Part shown: piece by piece, positions 13,301 through 28,718 of the stretch
Numbering within the stretch: the stretch's first letter is position 1
How the letters are laid out: the number at the start of each line of letters is the position of its first letter
Source: Zancudomyces culisetae HAW-14-8
Lineage: Eukaryota > Fungi > Kickxellomycota
Direction: 5' to 3'
Length of the DNA stretch: 64,000 nucleotides
Assembly (NCBI GenBank): GCA_052426225.1
Contig: JBNJNM010000011.1
Location: 2,418,001 to 2,482,000, forward strand
The notes under the pieces: generated by a model
Told to the model about the DNA's origin: nothing
The model's database searches: none
The model's input: only the letters and a program-made list of their open reading frames with translations
Translations under genes and position numbers: made by a program

Positions 13301-16300
13301 CGATTATAGGTAGTGCTGAAAAGCATATGGAAATGAAGCTTCGACAACTGTCGGTGAGTCCACACACACAGTTGCAGCAGCTAATAGTTTTGCAGTGTCA
13401 CTATATGGCGTCGGTGAGCAAACAGGGAGTATATGCGATTAACGAGATAGTGAACAATTCACCATTTGCATTATTGGATAAGAGAACGATTACGTTAATG
13501 TTGGAGATGAGTCACGTGGTGTGGATGAGTTGTAAGGCTGAGTTGGATGACCAATTTGTACCGGTATACCATTTTACGACACCAATAGTGGGTGTGGTTA
13601 TGCAATTTCCAGATTCGATGAACTACAGACGTAATATTCTGTATCGGATTACCAAGTATACGCGGCGGTGGTTGGGAAAAGCAGCAGGAGTTGCACCAGT
13701 AGAGTTGCAGGCGTTATTGTGTAGCTACTTGGCACTTGATGAAGCCAATGGCAACAGCAATGGGGGAGGCGAAGAGGGAAATCGAATATGGGGTAGTAGT
13801 AATGGATTTGGCTTTGATCCACATATTGGAAGATCAATGGCGTTGGAAATAGGTCGACGGCTAAACCAGAGCGCAGCAATGTATGGTGCCAAAAACAGTG
13901 CTGGCGAGACATCAGGTGCAATAGATCCGCTGTATTCTAATGGAAATGATGCTACTGAAAAGGAAGAACAGGCTCTCATGGGGCTATACGACAACACATC
14001 TGCCTTTCTGCATAAGTTTGGTGAGCAACGGATTACAGTTGGAAGATGGTTTGAGCCCGAATCACGTGCCAGGTTGAAGGCTGAACTATCCAAGCTATAT
14101 TCAGATGTGCGGTCAGGGAAGGTAGAGCTAACTAGTAATGATTATAGGGTAGTTTCATACAAATTGGCAGAGGCTGGAAAGATGTTGGTGCGCAGTGGGA
14201 GTGATGAGGCTTTGGATATTGAATTAGTGAGGTTGTTGGTATGGGTGCCTGTAACGATATTCAAAAAACAAGTAGTGCAGCAAGCCATATATGTATGGAC
14301 AGATGTTATAGTAGAGCGGCCTGAGGCTGAGTTGGCAATAATAGTGGAGATAAGCATAGTATGGCACTGGTTATTGCAGGAGAATGTGGGGATTTTTACA
14401 CGCAAGTTTGAACCGAAAAATCCATTTGAAATAAGGATGTCGTATGAGCCATCCGATAATTCGTCTCGCTCACGTGCGTACAATGCGATATCCACACAGC
14501 TGTTGCCGCACCGATTGTTGATTTCGTTTTTGCACAACCGGTTGGATGCAGCATGGTATCGGGCGAGCAGTGGCGACAATCGGGCGTTGGCCGATACGAT
14601 TTTGAGAATTTTGCAGCTGACGTTTGATAATGCCGAGTCGTTGTCATCTGCGGCATTGGCTCGGTATGAGCGGTTCCAGTTGATATATTTGGCGTTAAAA
14701 GTGCTTAATTGGAATTTCCCAGATATTACTAGTGAGGTTAGATTTCGAGAAAAGATGTTTGACACGGCATTTTTATGGTTTAGTAAATTGCCTAAATGGA
14801 GTTTTAGTGGAAGTAAAGCCATGTTGTTGGGTGAAGTGCGATTGTTAATCAATACTCATGTGGCTTTACAAAAGGACAAGCTTTCTCCATTGTCGTCGTT
14901 GCCTATTTCTGATACCATTAATAGAGAAGCTATGTTTTCTTCATTGTCTGTGCCAACGACACCTGTAGCTCCAGCTCGTTTGGCTCCTTCGTATTCATTC
15001 CCTTCATCTGATGATCCGTTCCCTGCACAACAAATGCAGTCGGCTGCTCCATCAGCTTCTTCTTCGTTATCCAATCCGGCATTGCATATGATGGCTTTTC
15101 CTGACAACCGTAACTTCGGGGATGCATTGATTTCGGGAGGAGGAAATAGTACAGATAAACCTGAATCCACCAACCATTTTTCTCTTTCTAATACATTTGG
15201 ATACAATCAACCCGCTACTACTACTAATACTACTACCTCTGAAGATGGAAACAACAATGATAATAATAATAATAACAACCAACAGCGTCATCATCGTCGG
15301 TTTAACAGTATTTTATCAGTTGATAAAGTCAACAAAGTATTTAATTCCAAATGGTCAACATCATCATTAAGGACCAGCACCAACAACAGCAGCAACAACA
15401 ACAATAGCAATAGCAAGGGTTTTGCTGTGGGAAATGCAATGCCTGATATTAAATTGACAACCGAGATTCACAAGCAGTTGGAGAGCCGGTTTCAACGGAA
15501 CCAGGCATTGTTGCTGTTGTTATTAGAATCAGAGATTCGAAGAATAGTAACCTGGGCCAATCCAATTAATGAACATATCCGACATTTTAGCGATGTTGGA
15601 AAGTTTGTCTTGGAGCCAGCATTGTCACAAGATGGATGGAGAAACCTGGTGCGAGATGCATGGGTTGCTGACCCAAAGCTGGCTATCTACCTTCCAGTGC
15701 GGTTTTCTAATCCAGCTGTGGTTAATGAGTTGCAGAGTTTGGTACATGCGTATCCTGGTGAATTAGTATCTGATCCCGAAAGTTTAAAATTCTTTATGGG
15801 ATTATTAGGGTCTAGCTCCAATTCCAATTCCAATACAAATGCTAATATTGATACTGATGATGAGGATGAACGATTTGGAAGTGGTAATAACACTAGATCT
15901 CTTAGTAAATTACGCAATTCGTTTGGTCTACTGGCTCATAAACATAGTCAACAATATCCACAACATGAAGGTAAACATCAACTTGTTGATGATTCTCTTG
16001 TTCAAAACAACAGTTGGATTATTAGCCTACTAAATGACCCAGCAAAAATGGATATGGGAATCAAGACATTCCGTGAACTCAAGTTTATGTTGTACTACAT
16101 TTCAGTGCCACCAGTAACCTCGATCAGTTTGCTATCATCGGATTTAGTGAGTGAACCACTAGTACTACAATACGCAATGCGATCACTTGAGAAATACCCT
16201 GTCGAAGTGACGTTTTTCAATGTACCACAGTTGGTACAGGCATTGAGATTTGATAAACAAGGGTATGTGGAAGCGGCTATTGTGGATGCATCCAAGATAT

Positions 16301-18342
16301 CGCAATTGTTTGCGCATCAGATTATATGGAATATCAAGGCCAATAGTTATAAGGATGATGAAGGCAAGGTCCCAGATATGCAAATCAAACCGGCACTTGA
16401 TAGAGTGACAAAGAAAATCATTGATTTGTTTAGTCTTGATGATTCGGCATTCTACAAACGAGAATTTAGTTTCTTTACCAAAGTAACTGCAATTTCTGGA
16501 TCATTGAAACCTTACATAAAGAAGTCCAAGGGAGAAAAGAAAAAGAAGATTGATGAGGAAATGCAAAAAATAGTTGTTGATAAGGGTGTTTATTTACCTT
16601 CCAATCCCGATTGTACCGTTGTTGGAATTGACTATCTCTCCGGTCGTCCACTGCAGTCACATGCCAAGGCACCGTTTATGGCTACGTTTTATATCCAACC
16701 CAACAGTCTATTGAAGAGTGATGATGTTCAAGAACTTGTTGGCTCTACATCATCATCATCATCTTCTTCTTCTTCTACTGCAAATTCTACACCAGCTACA
16801 ACTACTCCATCTATAAAAAAAGTTGATGCTAATAGCGTGTCTAGTGAAGGTGGTAAAGAATTGGAATTGCAAAAGCTTGATCTTAATTTTGGTAGTCTAG
16901 AATCACAAATACAAGACAACGAAAAAGACAACGAAAGAGAGAAAGAAAAGGAAAAAGAAAAAGAAAAGGAACAACAACAACAACAACAACTGCAACATAA
17001 AAAACACGCTCATCATGTACAAGCACCTCCAATATCGAAAATTGGAGCAATTTTCAAGGTTGGTGATGATTGTCGACAAGATATGTTGGCACTGCAGCTG
17101 ATAGCCATATTTAAAAACATATTTGCATCGTGTGGGTTGGATTTGTATCTATTCCCATACCGGGTTGTGGCAACATCGAGTGGGTGTGGGATAATTGAAG
17201 TGATACCAAATTCGATATCCAGAGACCAGTTGGGAAGAGAAAAAGTCAATTCGTTGTATGACTATTTTGTGATTAAATACGGAGGTGCTGACAGCATACA
17301 GTTCCAGCAGGCACGTTCCAACTTTGTGCAGTCGTTGGCGGCATATTCGGTATTGAGCTACCTACTGGCGTTTAAGGATCGCCATAATGGAAATATAATG
17401 ATTGATGATGCGGGTCATTTGATCCATATAGATTTTGGGTTTATATTGGGAATAGCTCCTGGAGGAATCACCTTTGAATCTGCACCCTTCAAGTTGACCG
17501 CCGAGTATATCCAGGTGATGGGTGGTTCGGCGGATGCACAGCCGTTCAAGCTATTTTGTGAATTGTGTGTCAAGGCGTTTTTGAGTTGTCGTTCGTATTG
17601 TCATTATATTTTGCAGATTGTTGAAATCATGGTGAATAGCGGATTGCCATGTTTTGGAGCCACTCCTAATACTTCATCAGTACGTCAAGGACACCATGAT
17701 CATTCTGATGATGAAAATGACGATAACCAAAGCGGTGGTGGTGGTGGTGATGATGATGATGATGATGATGATGAAGGAAATAAAAGTAGTGGTGATGAGA
17801 TGCAGAATGAACCTGGTGTCAGCACTACCAACATTCTTAACCCTGCCAGTGCTGCCGGAATTACCGAACAAACCATGTTGGAGTCGATGGGAAAACGTCG
17901 TGCTTCGGCCAATGATGCAGAGAAATACACTGATTATGTTAACGAAGGTATGGATATTATGGGAGAACGCAGAAAGAGAAAGCTTAGTGTGATTAAACCA
18001 AAGATTGGAAAGAAAAAGAGTGGAGCGAGTATACTTGGAACACATGGTAATACTGGTGGAGGTGCAGGAGGAGGAGGTGGTGGTGGTGGAGTCAAAGGGT
18101 TAATTGGTGCTATGTTGGGTAAAAGCGGAGGTGGTAGTGGAGGTGGAGGAAGTGGTGGTAGCGGTGGTGGAACTAGTAAAGGAAGTATAGTGGTACAAAA
18201 GTTGGCATCTCGATTTGCGTTACATTTGAGTGAACGAGAAGCAGCCAAGTTTATGATGGAAAAGATTCAAGATAGTTACAAGAACAAACGAACTGTAATG
18301 TATGATAGTTTCCAAAAGGCTACTAATGGAATACCTTATTAA
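10358..18342 (+). CDS. STT4: Phosphatidylinositol 4-kinase alpha (Stt4 type)
   Basis: Micro-exon ATGAACAG (10358-10365), intron 10366-10550, then one ~7.8-kb exon, giving MNSIQRQITDELAEVLS... Motifs include FFNVPQLVQALRFD, PLQSHAKAPF, IFKVGDDCRQD, KDRHNGNIM, HIDFGF and C-terminal YDSFQKATNGIPY. Confidence 0.96.
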
Positions 18343-18894
18343 TATTAAATCATTTCTGACTTTATTTTGTTTTATTTTGTTTTTAATTTTATTTTTTTGA
18401 TTTGATTTGGTTATTTAAATAAAAGTTACAAAGAAAATGTTTATAAAGAGTCTTTTTTCAATAACATAAAAGAAAAAGTAAAAGAAAAAGCGAATGTATT
18501 TTTTCTTTTTCTCGAGTAATTTTTTCTCCGATTATGATCGTATTGATCGTATTGATCGAGATAGAAAGGATCAATATATCCAAATTTGGCTTATTGATCT
18601 TTTTTTTTTTTCTTTTTTTATGTTGATTTTTTTTGGTAATATTTCCTCTTTGATCCTTCTTTGTTTTATCTCTTTCACTTTCTTTTCTATTTTTTATTTC
18701 TATGTCTCTTTCTATTTTTTATTTCTCTTTCTATTCTTTTCTCCCCAAAAAATCAAATACAACATGTATTCTGCAAATCAATTATGCATTCATCCACCCA
18801 TGCATTCATTGATACATACATACACACATACACATATATGATAACCCAGTTGTATGTTTGTATATAAACCCATCCAATATTACTCCCCTCCATT

Positions 18895-18962
18895 TTCTTC
18901 ACATCCAAATCCAAATCCACATCTACATCCACATTTACATCCACATTTACATCCACATCTAA
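18895..18962 (+). repeat. Degenerate hexamer tandem repeat (ACATCC/AAATCC)n
   Basis: acatccaaatccaaatccacatctacatccacatttacatcc... lies in the convergent intergenic region. Confidence 0.8.
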
Positions 18963-19263
18963 ATTCAACACCTTCATTATTCTTATTTTATCTTTTTTTT
19001 ATATATTCATTCTAGTTGTAATACCAATCAAAGTGTACACTTATACATTACATTCGAGTTATTTAAGAAAAACCAAGGCAAAAACAAAGCAAGAAGAGCA
19101 TTGTATATAGGATATACCCGATACTGTGAAAGAATCCTAGTTGACTAACACCTCCACCCAAGCATTATTCATTTTGATATATACCAAACATATCAATCAG
19201 CTTTCTCCACCTCTACCTCCAACCACTTTCTCCCATAAACTTGCCAAAAGTTGAACCCAGAAA

Positions 19264-19295
<32 letters not shown>

Positions 19296-19553
19296 GGTCA
19301 TCACACTCATTAAGATTATCAACCATGCATTATATCGATAAAACTGAAGAAGCTAGAGATTACCCATTTCTCATTTTCGAGGAAGAATAAAACTCCTTTT
19401 TCATTTTTTTTTACATATCAAGTTTATTTACTCTTTTTATTTAGGTCAACCAAGAGTATTTAAAATTATTAATTACTAACTACTAATTACTAATCGCTAA
19501 TTGTTAATAAAACAAAATAAAACAAAATAAAACGTTTAAGTGTATAGAAAAAT

Positions 19554-22312
<2,759 letters not shown>

Positions 22313-23190
22313 TCTCGCTCTGTGTTGTTAATGTATTTTTTATAATTTTTCTGAAAGATTGTATCTATTTTCCACAATTCGCCGTAAACTGTTTGTATAC
22401 TCAACTAAAGTATGTCTGCTATTGCTTTTATATTTACTATTCCTTTATATACTGGCGCAAAAGTAAAACACTCGACACCAATTCGTTTCAATCAAGTTAT
22501 TTTTATTTTCTCAATTTCTTGAAAACTGATCTGCCTAAACTCAGAAATTGTCCACTTAAATGTTCCAATTCAAAAAAAAAAAATTTTTTTTTTCTTTCAC
22601 CTTTTTAGTCACAAGTTCTTTGGGAAGTTGGTGCAGGATACAATTCATTTCTGCAGAAAATTTGATGACAAAAAAAAAGCAGCAATATTCCTGCATTTGA
22701 ATTTTTGTTATTCTCTGCATTTGTATTTGGAAAAACGCTACTAACCAGTAAAATTGCAATGGTTTTGGAATACGTAATGTGATTGTTTAATCACACGAAC
22801 TATTTATTAGCCTTTATTTTTTTTTTCAAGCAAAATATTTGCCACTTGGAAAATACAAATTCCACTTTTAATAACCGAAGCGCTATTATACTCAGCTAAA
22901 AGGCAGAAAACTCATAAGCAACTAATAAAGTACAATATTTAATCGTGAAATTCAGAGCGCTGCAGATCTACTTCTACGTATCATAATTTAAACACAGAAT
23001 TTTGGACGAAAAACGACTTTTACTGACACATTTTCGATTGTTTACATCAGCTTTTACTCTCAATCACGAGCTGAAGAGAAGGGTCGCCACAGGCAAGGAT
23101 ATATACCTGTTACTTGCGAATTAATAGTGTGTAGCTACATTATACGATAATAATTTAAAGATAATACAGAAGTAACGAACATATAAATCT

Positions 23191-23911
23191 ATGGAAGAAA
23201 ACCATGAATTGTGTGTAGCAATGTATTTGCGCCACGAATCATTGGAATACAGAAACAGCATGAGTGGTCAACAAGACGATATGCTGTACCAAAAATGTAA
23301 CTCAGCGAGTATTTATAGTGGCCCTCCTGGAAAAAAGATTAAATTAGACGCCAGCTCATCACCGATCCCAGTTGGATATAGCGAGGATGAGGGTAAGAAC
23401 TTTAAGTCTATATTTTCCAGTATATTTACCATTCATGACTTTGCATATATATTATTTTGTATTTGAAGGAATGTTTGTATCTTTATGTACGTGTGTATTG
23501 CTCTGCCTTCTTGCCTGATGTTCAACGTGCGCCTAACATTGTATGTTTTGTTTTCTGTGATAAATAGGCGATTATATTGACAGAACACAGTTAGAATACA
23601 ATCAAAGTGATGATATTAAGGGAACTGACTATGAAGAGCTCACCCCAGATCACAAAACCTCTTATGAGTATAAAAACATTAACCAAAAGTTAGGACTGGT
23701 GCACCATTTGAATAGATTCTCAAAGGGGACGAGACTAAAGACTAGAGATACGGAGTCAATACTTAAGGCTGGTATGCCTTCGGAACATAAAACGGATGAA
23801 AATTCGACTAGTCCATCAACAACACCTTACACTCTTTGTAGTTATTCCAACATTAACCATGCTTTAAAAGTTGTACATTTAAATAATCTCAAGTATAAGA
23901 AAAAAGAATAA
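23191..23911 (+). CDS. Small protein (2 exons, 181 aa) with NLS and two FAM104/VCF-like helices
   Basis: Exons 23191-23392 and 23568-23911 (GTAAGA...CTAAC...TAG) join in frame. It has an NLS-like PPGKKIKL and the motif Y-x-NIN-x-x-L-x-x-VH twice. Confidence 0.65.
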
Positions 23912-24240
23912 TCCCTCGGCATGAATTCAATATCAAGGGTTACTCTACTTGTAAAAAAAAAAGACGGTGATGATAGGGGAGAGGGATGTGTTTAATTAGG
24001 GGTTTATTATGAATTTTAGTAGATCATTTCCATGTTTTCTATAAACGACGTTTGTATAAGTAGTCAATAAGGTATTAATTAGGTTTAAATTCACGAAAAA
24101 AAGAGTAGTTAAACAAAAGGGCGTATTTATATCCATACATGGTTGAATCCATTTTCTGCCTAATTTTGAACAGCATAGAATGTTGAAAATAAATGCTTAC
24201 GTCGAGTATTACATAACATATTTAGCATGTTTTAGAGTCT

Positions 24241-24483
24241 TTATTGATATTCGTCTACTTCCTTCCATTTTTCCAATACCTCCTTGCGCTTAGTCCTTGC
24301 AGCATCCAGCTGGGCCTTGCGTTTATTCTCGAATTCCAGTCGTAGGCATTCGTTCAATGCATCTTGCGCAGCATTACAACTCCCAATGAATTTCTTCCAA
24401 CCGCTTTCTTTATGACATCTGAATAGCGCGTCAATAAATTCAACGCAAGATTGATTTTGATGTTCGGAAACGTGTGGATGCAT
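24241..24483 (-). CDS. CMC2: COX assembly mitochondrial protein 2 (twin CX9C)
   Basis: MHPH start, C-x9-CH...KFIGSCN-x8-CL, and a basic C-terminal helix. Confidence 0.93.
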   Translation of the reverse strand: MHPHVSEHQNQSCVEFIDALFRCHKESGWKKFIGSCNAAQDALNECLRLEFENKRKAQLDAARTKRKEVLEKWKEVDEYQ

Positions 24484-25828
24484 GTTGTCTCCTTGCTTTT
24501 TGGTCTAAGTGCTCGTCTAATTTACTGGAGGGGGGTTTTTTTTTCCCTGTCTCGATTCTGGTAATCAACAAAAACTATAAATACACGCGGTTAGTACAAC
24601 TACCGTTTATACTGTATTTCCGATTACTAAATATAACGAATGGATCTGATCTATGCTGGAGAACAGAGCTTAATTATGTTTGCTAACTTATTTAACGAAT
24701 AAAATATATCAAATAGATACCATATCTTCCTTTTTACGAATAGTAGAATTCATCCGATTTGTCTTTTTTTTGGCTCAGAACCATGATAAAAAAAATTTTG
24801 GGTTCTACAAAAATTAGCTGTTCAACTCAAATTCATCACCATTATCAAACTATTGTTGATAAACATGATGGCTAGACGTATTCAAGAAAAGGGTATCCAA
24901 CATCTAAAATTGGTTTTATGAGAAAAAATATTCCAGGTATGTGTGTCTGGCATAATAAGCCAACATTCAGTGATACATAGGTTTAAAAGATATGTGCTAA
25001 TGTCTTTTAAATAATCCCTTGACGCGTTTTCCCATCACCTTTTTTAAAATAAAGGTGAGCTGAGATGCATGGAGATCACTAGGTTATGTGTATTGTATTG
25101 GAGTGCTTTATATATACAGCTCACGATAGTGTATATTTGTAAAGATTAAAATGTTCTAACAATAAAAAGCATAATCTAGCAGGCTTAACAAATACTCATC
25201 TCATTACATCAAACCTCAGTCCAGCTCTTCTTCCACAATGCAATACATAAATCCACTGAAGCTATGCTGTTATTGTATTTGCAGGAAAAAAAACCTGGCT
25301 AATGATTGTATGTTCCTGTTGTGGTTTGGTTTGTACAAATCTAAATTTGGCATTTCTATTAATAGCCGTGGCTGTTGGTTACACCTTTAGCGAGCAAGTA
25401 TAATTAACGAGAAGCTTTGGTGGGTGCCCAAGCTCTATTTTTACATCCTCCAAAATAAATACCCGATTTGTCAAGTCTTCAGAATATAATATATACATAA
25501 CGATAAAAGTCGTAAACCAATAGTGTTAGTATGGCAGCCATTAAACCGAACCAGTGTTTTGCTTTTTATCGGAACCAGTCAAACTATGAAAATTCATATA
25601 GGTATATAGGTTGTTGGGGAACTCGCCTGTAACATTGCAGATGTCCCAAGGGTTGAGTATTTTTATGGTTAGCCACAGCAATGTTAAATTATACTCGCAT
25701 AAATCAAATTTAGAGATATAAATATGCATTCCTTCTCTTTAAACATTTCAAATGCTAAAATACCAAGCCCCCCATTGCGATTTGTTGCAACACTAAAACA
25801 AAAATTTTAAAAGACTCTCCTTTGTGAA

Positions 25829-25836
25829 TATATAAG
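25829..25836 (+). promoter_or_regulatory. Putative TATA box
   Basis: TATATAAG about 80 bp upstream of the ATG of the secreted LPMO-like gene. Confidence 0.4.
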
Positions 25837-25913
25837 ATCATGACCATCATAAATCTAACACATTAGACAGCAAAAAGGCTAAACTCAGAAAAGTTCATTT
25901 TTTTCTTTTAATA

Positions 25914-26708
25914 ATGTTGAATAATATTTTGTACACGCTTGGTATTTTGATCCTAGCATTTTTTCAATTAAGTAGTGGACATGGAATGTTGGACTACCCC
26001 CCACCGAGGGGAAATATGAAATGGTATGGAACTTGCGGCGCGGGACTGGGTTGCAAAGGGCCATGTGATTCGCCTAAAAAGGATTCCAAGGCCACTTCTC
26101 CATACGCAAGTGTTCTGAAAGTGAAGCGAGGTGATAGCATTACAGTAAAATGGAGTAGGATGAATCATCCAGGCGGATTTGTACGACTTTCAATGACCAC
26201 ATTTAACAATTCAGACAGCTGGAATGCATTCGAAAAGCGGGTGATAAAAACAGTGTGTTTTGAAACGAACTGTGCAGCAGACGATCGTGCAGATGTCAAG
26301 TTTGGCCCTCTAGCGGGACCAGGAAAAAAAATGTGCAGTACAAGCATTAAAATTCCTGGTGACCTGCCAAATGGTTTGGTTACACTCCAATGGATGTGGT
26401 ATGGAGGTGGCATTTATTATGCCCAGAAAGACACAAGCTTTGGTGAATACTATAGTTGTTCGGACCTCAGCATCATTGGTGGCCCTGTAGACAATAAGCA
26501 ACAGAGCCCAATATTTCAAGGCGGTGATGCCATGTATCCAAAAGAAAATGTTTGTAGATACTGGGGATCAAATCGACCTGGAGAATGTAGTTTTGCAAAC
26601 AAATATCCAAAACCGAAACCTGGAGACCTGCTATCTGACAGTTTAGAGCCCTGCACGAGAAAAACGCCTCCAAAGAAGGGTGTTCCAGCAATGAGATTGC
26701 GATTTTAA
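25914..26708 (+). CDS. Secreted lytic polysaccharide monooxygenase-like (His-brace) protein
   Basis: The signal peptide ends SSG, directly before HGMLDYPPPRG. Second His in WSRMNHPGGFVRLS, plus LQWMWY and EYYSCSDLSIIGG. Many Cys; intronless. Confidence 0.8.
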   Translation: MLNNILYTLGILILAFFQLSSGHGMLDYPPPRGNMKWYGTCGAGLGCKGPCDSPKKDSKATSPYASVLKVKRGDSITVKWSRMNHPGGFVRLSMTTFNNSDSWNAFEKRVIKTVCFETNCAADDRADVKFGPLAGPGKKMCSTSIKIPGDLPNGLVTLQWMWYGGGIYYAQKDTSFGEYYSCSDLSIIGGPVDNKQQSPIFQGGDAMYPKENVCRYWGSNRPGECSFANKYPKPKPGDLLSDSLEPCTRKTPPKKGVPAMRLRF

Positions 26709-27138
26709 ATTGATGAGATGTCTTTTTGTTATTTACAATACACATTTACCCCTGCATATTAGCATTTGTAACATAGCGATATGATATGTTTCATACAAAC
26801 CACCCCAAATATATACAATACACTACTTTTTACTTTAATATAACAATGTAAGCTTGGGATGTTTTTTTCCTAAAGCTGGTGGTGAGCTTTTTAGTGGTTA
26901 TAAGCAACCAAGTGTACAAAAATTGTCGCTTATAAAAACCGGTTACTAAGTTTTCATTTTCTAAATATATGCACATATGGGTATGTATTGCGGTTTAAAA
27001 AAAGAAACAAAAAAATGGAAGCAGATAAACAGCAGCTGGTCGATTTTCGTTTACACACACACAAAAAAAAAACACAAAAGGTCTAAAAAAAATATAGTTC
27101 CGTTTTCACACACTATGTATACCAAGCAACGAATCCAG

Positions 27139-28718
27139 CTACTTTGAAGAAGTAAGGCGCTGAGAAACAGAATCGTAAATACTTTTGGTGGTGGTGGATG
27201 TCAGATACACATCACCAGGTCCGCAAACACGGAAAAACACTGTAGAATTGAATCCATTTCTGATATACCGTCTAGTTCGCCACAAGTATAATTTAAGCAA
27301 GTCCCACAAATAGACCGACAAGTATTGAACAGAGGCTAACGAGCCATTTTTGATAAAGGTTAAAAGTCGAGTGGCTCTGGTTTTGAAATATTCGGTTATT
27401 CGCTGTAAGTAAGGCTTCTTTGTGGCAACTTTGCTCTCCTGTTCTTGTTTTTGTGTTGGAGAGCCTACAGAGGATGCAGTTTTATCAAACTGACCATATT
27501 TCCAAAGTTTCCGTACAACGGGTTCGTCTTCATCCCTTTTAATGTTGACGTTGCTGTCCCAGGCTACCACATGCTTGGAATTCACCAAATACTCCTCATT
27601 TTCGCTCAAACTGAGCCTGTGCAAACCACCTCTTGACGCAAAAACAACAGTCCCATTTCCCGAAACTTTATCAAACTTCAAAAATCCGCTCCCCAAGTTT
27701 GAGGCCAACCCTAGTACAGATTTGATTGTAATAAGACTCGTGTAGGCCATCACACAGTTCTTTTTGATATAATACTGTGTAAACCCATTCAGTTTTATCG
27801 AACTCATACCACCATGTGTATTTGGCGAAATCAAAACGTCACCGCTTTGCTCATTCGTCAGAATATTGCTAATAAACATCTTTCTCCCGAATACAGTGTG
27901 GAAAATCGAGTTTGTAATGAACCCATTCGTGGTACGATATATTTGAGGTGCTGGTGATTTCCCAACGACATTCCCCCTTACCAGAGTGAACCTCGAGTAT
28001 GCAGGCAATCTTGTCACAATGAGGGGACCTAGTAGGAAATTCAAAATATTCAATACAAATTGTTTATAGAACGTATATTGGCTGATAGGTATGCAAGGTG
28101 CGATTAAGAGCTATTACCATTTTCTGAACCTATTTGCTCAAAGCTGGGATCCGCAATCTGTGGTGTACCTTTTCCATCAATTAGTGATCTGAATCCTATA
28201 TATTTTAAATAAATTTTCTTTATTTTTTATGTTTGGTTCCGATTTTGTAATGGCCTAAAGAATATATACATTCTTTAATTCGAGTAGTTGCCAAGAAGTG
28301 CATCTTGATTGATATACCCTCTGTATTTATTAGCTGTAAATATGCTAGAAATAGATCGTACCGCTCAATATTTTCCTCGACGCTGGCTTCTTTTCCGCCT
28401 CTACATTAATAAATTCAAAACTGTTATTATATTCACATTGAGGGTATATTTTATAAGCAGCCTACGATGACCAACAGGGTCTCAACCTATTCTAGATATT
28501 TGAAAAAAAGAAATGATCTTACCATACTCAATTCTAGTTTCATATGGGCTAGGATCAATTTGGGTTTTCAGGTTATCTCTAGTTGTGTTGAGATCATTAT
28601 CATTGTATATGCGGTTGGTGTTGCTGAAGGTTCTGATCAAATCTGTGAATTGTGGATGGATCCCCAGATTTTTAAGCTTTCTCGCTCCACACTTGACAAG
28701 TTCAGTTTTGACCAGCAT
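27139..28718 (-). CDS. AIM24: Altered inheritance of mitochondria protein 24-like (multi-exon)
   Basis: The last exon has GDVLISP, SIKLNGFTQYYIK, VSGNGTVVFASRGGLHRLSLSENEEYLVNSKHVVAWD and FFRVCGPGDVYL. The first exon (28718 to ~28523) looks like a mitochondrial presequence. The internal small exons are approximate. Confidence 0.8.
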
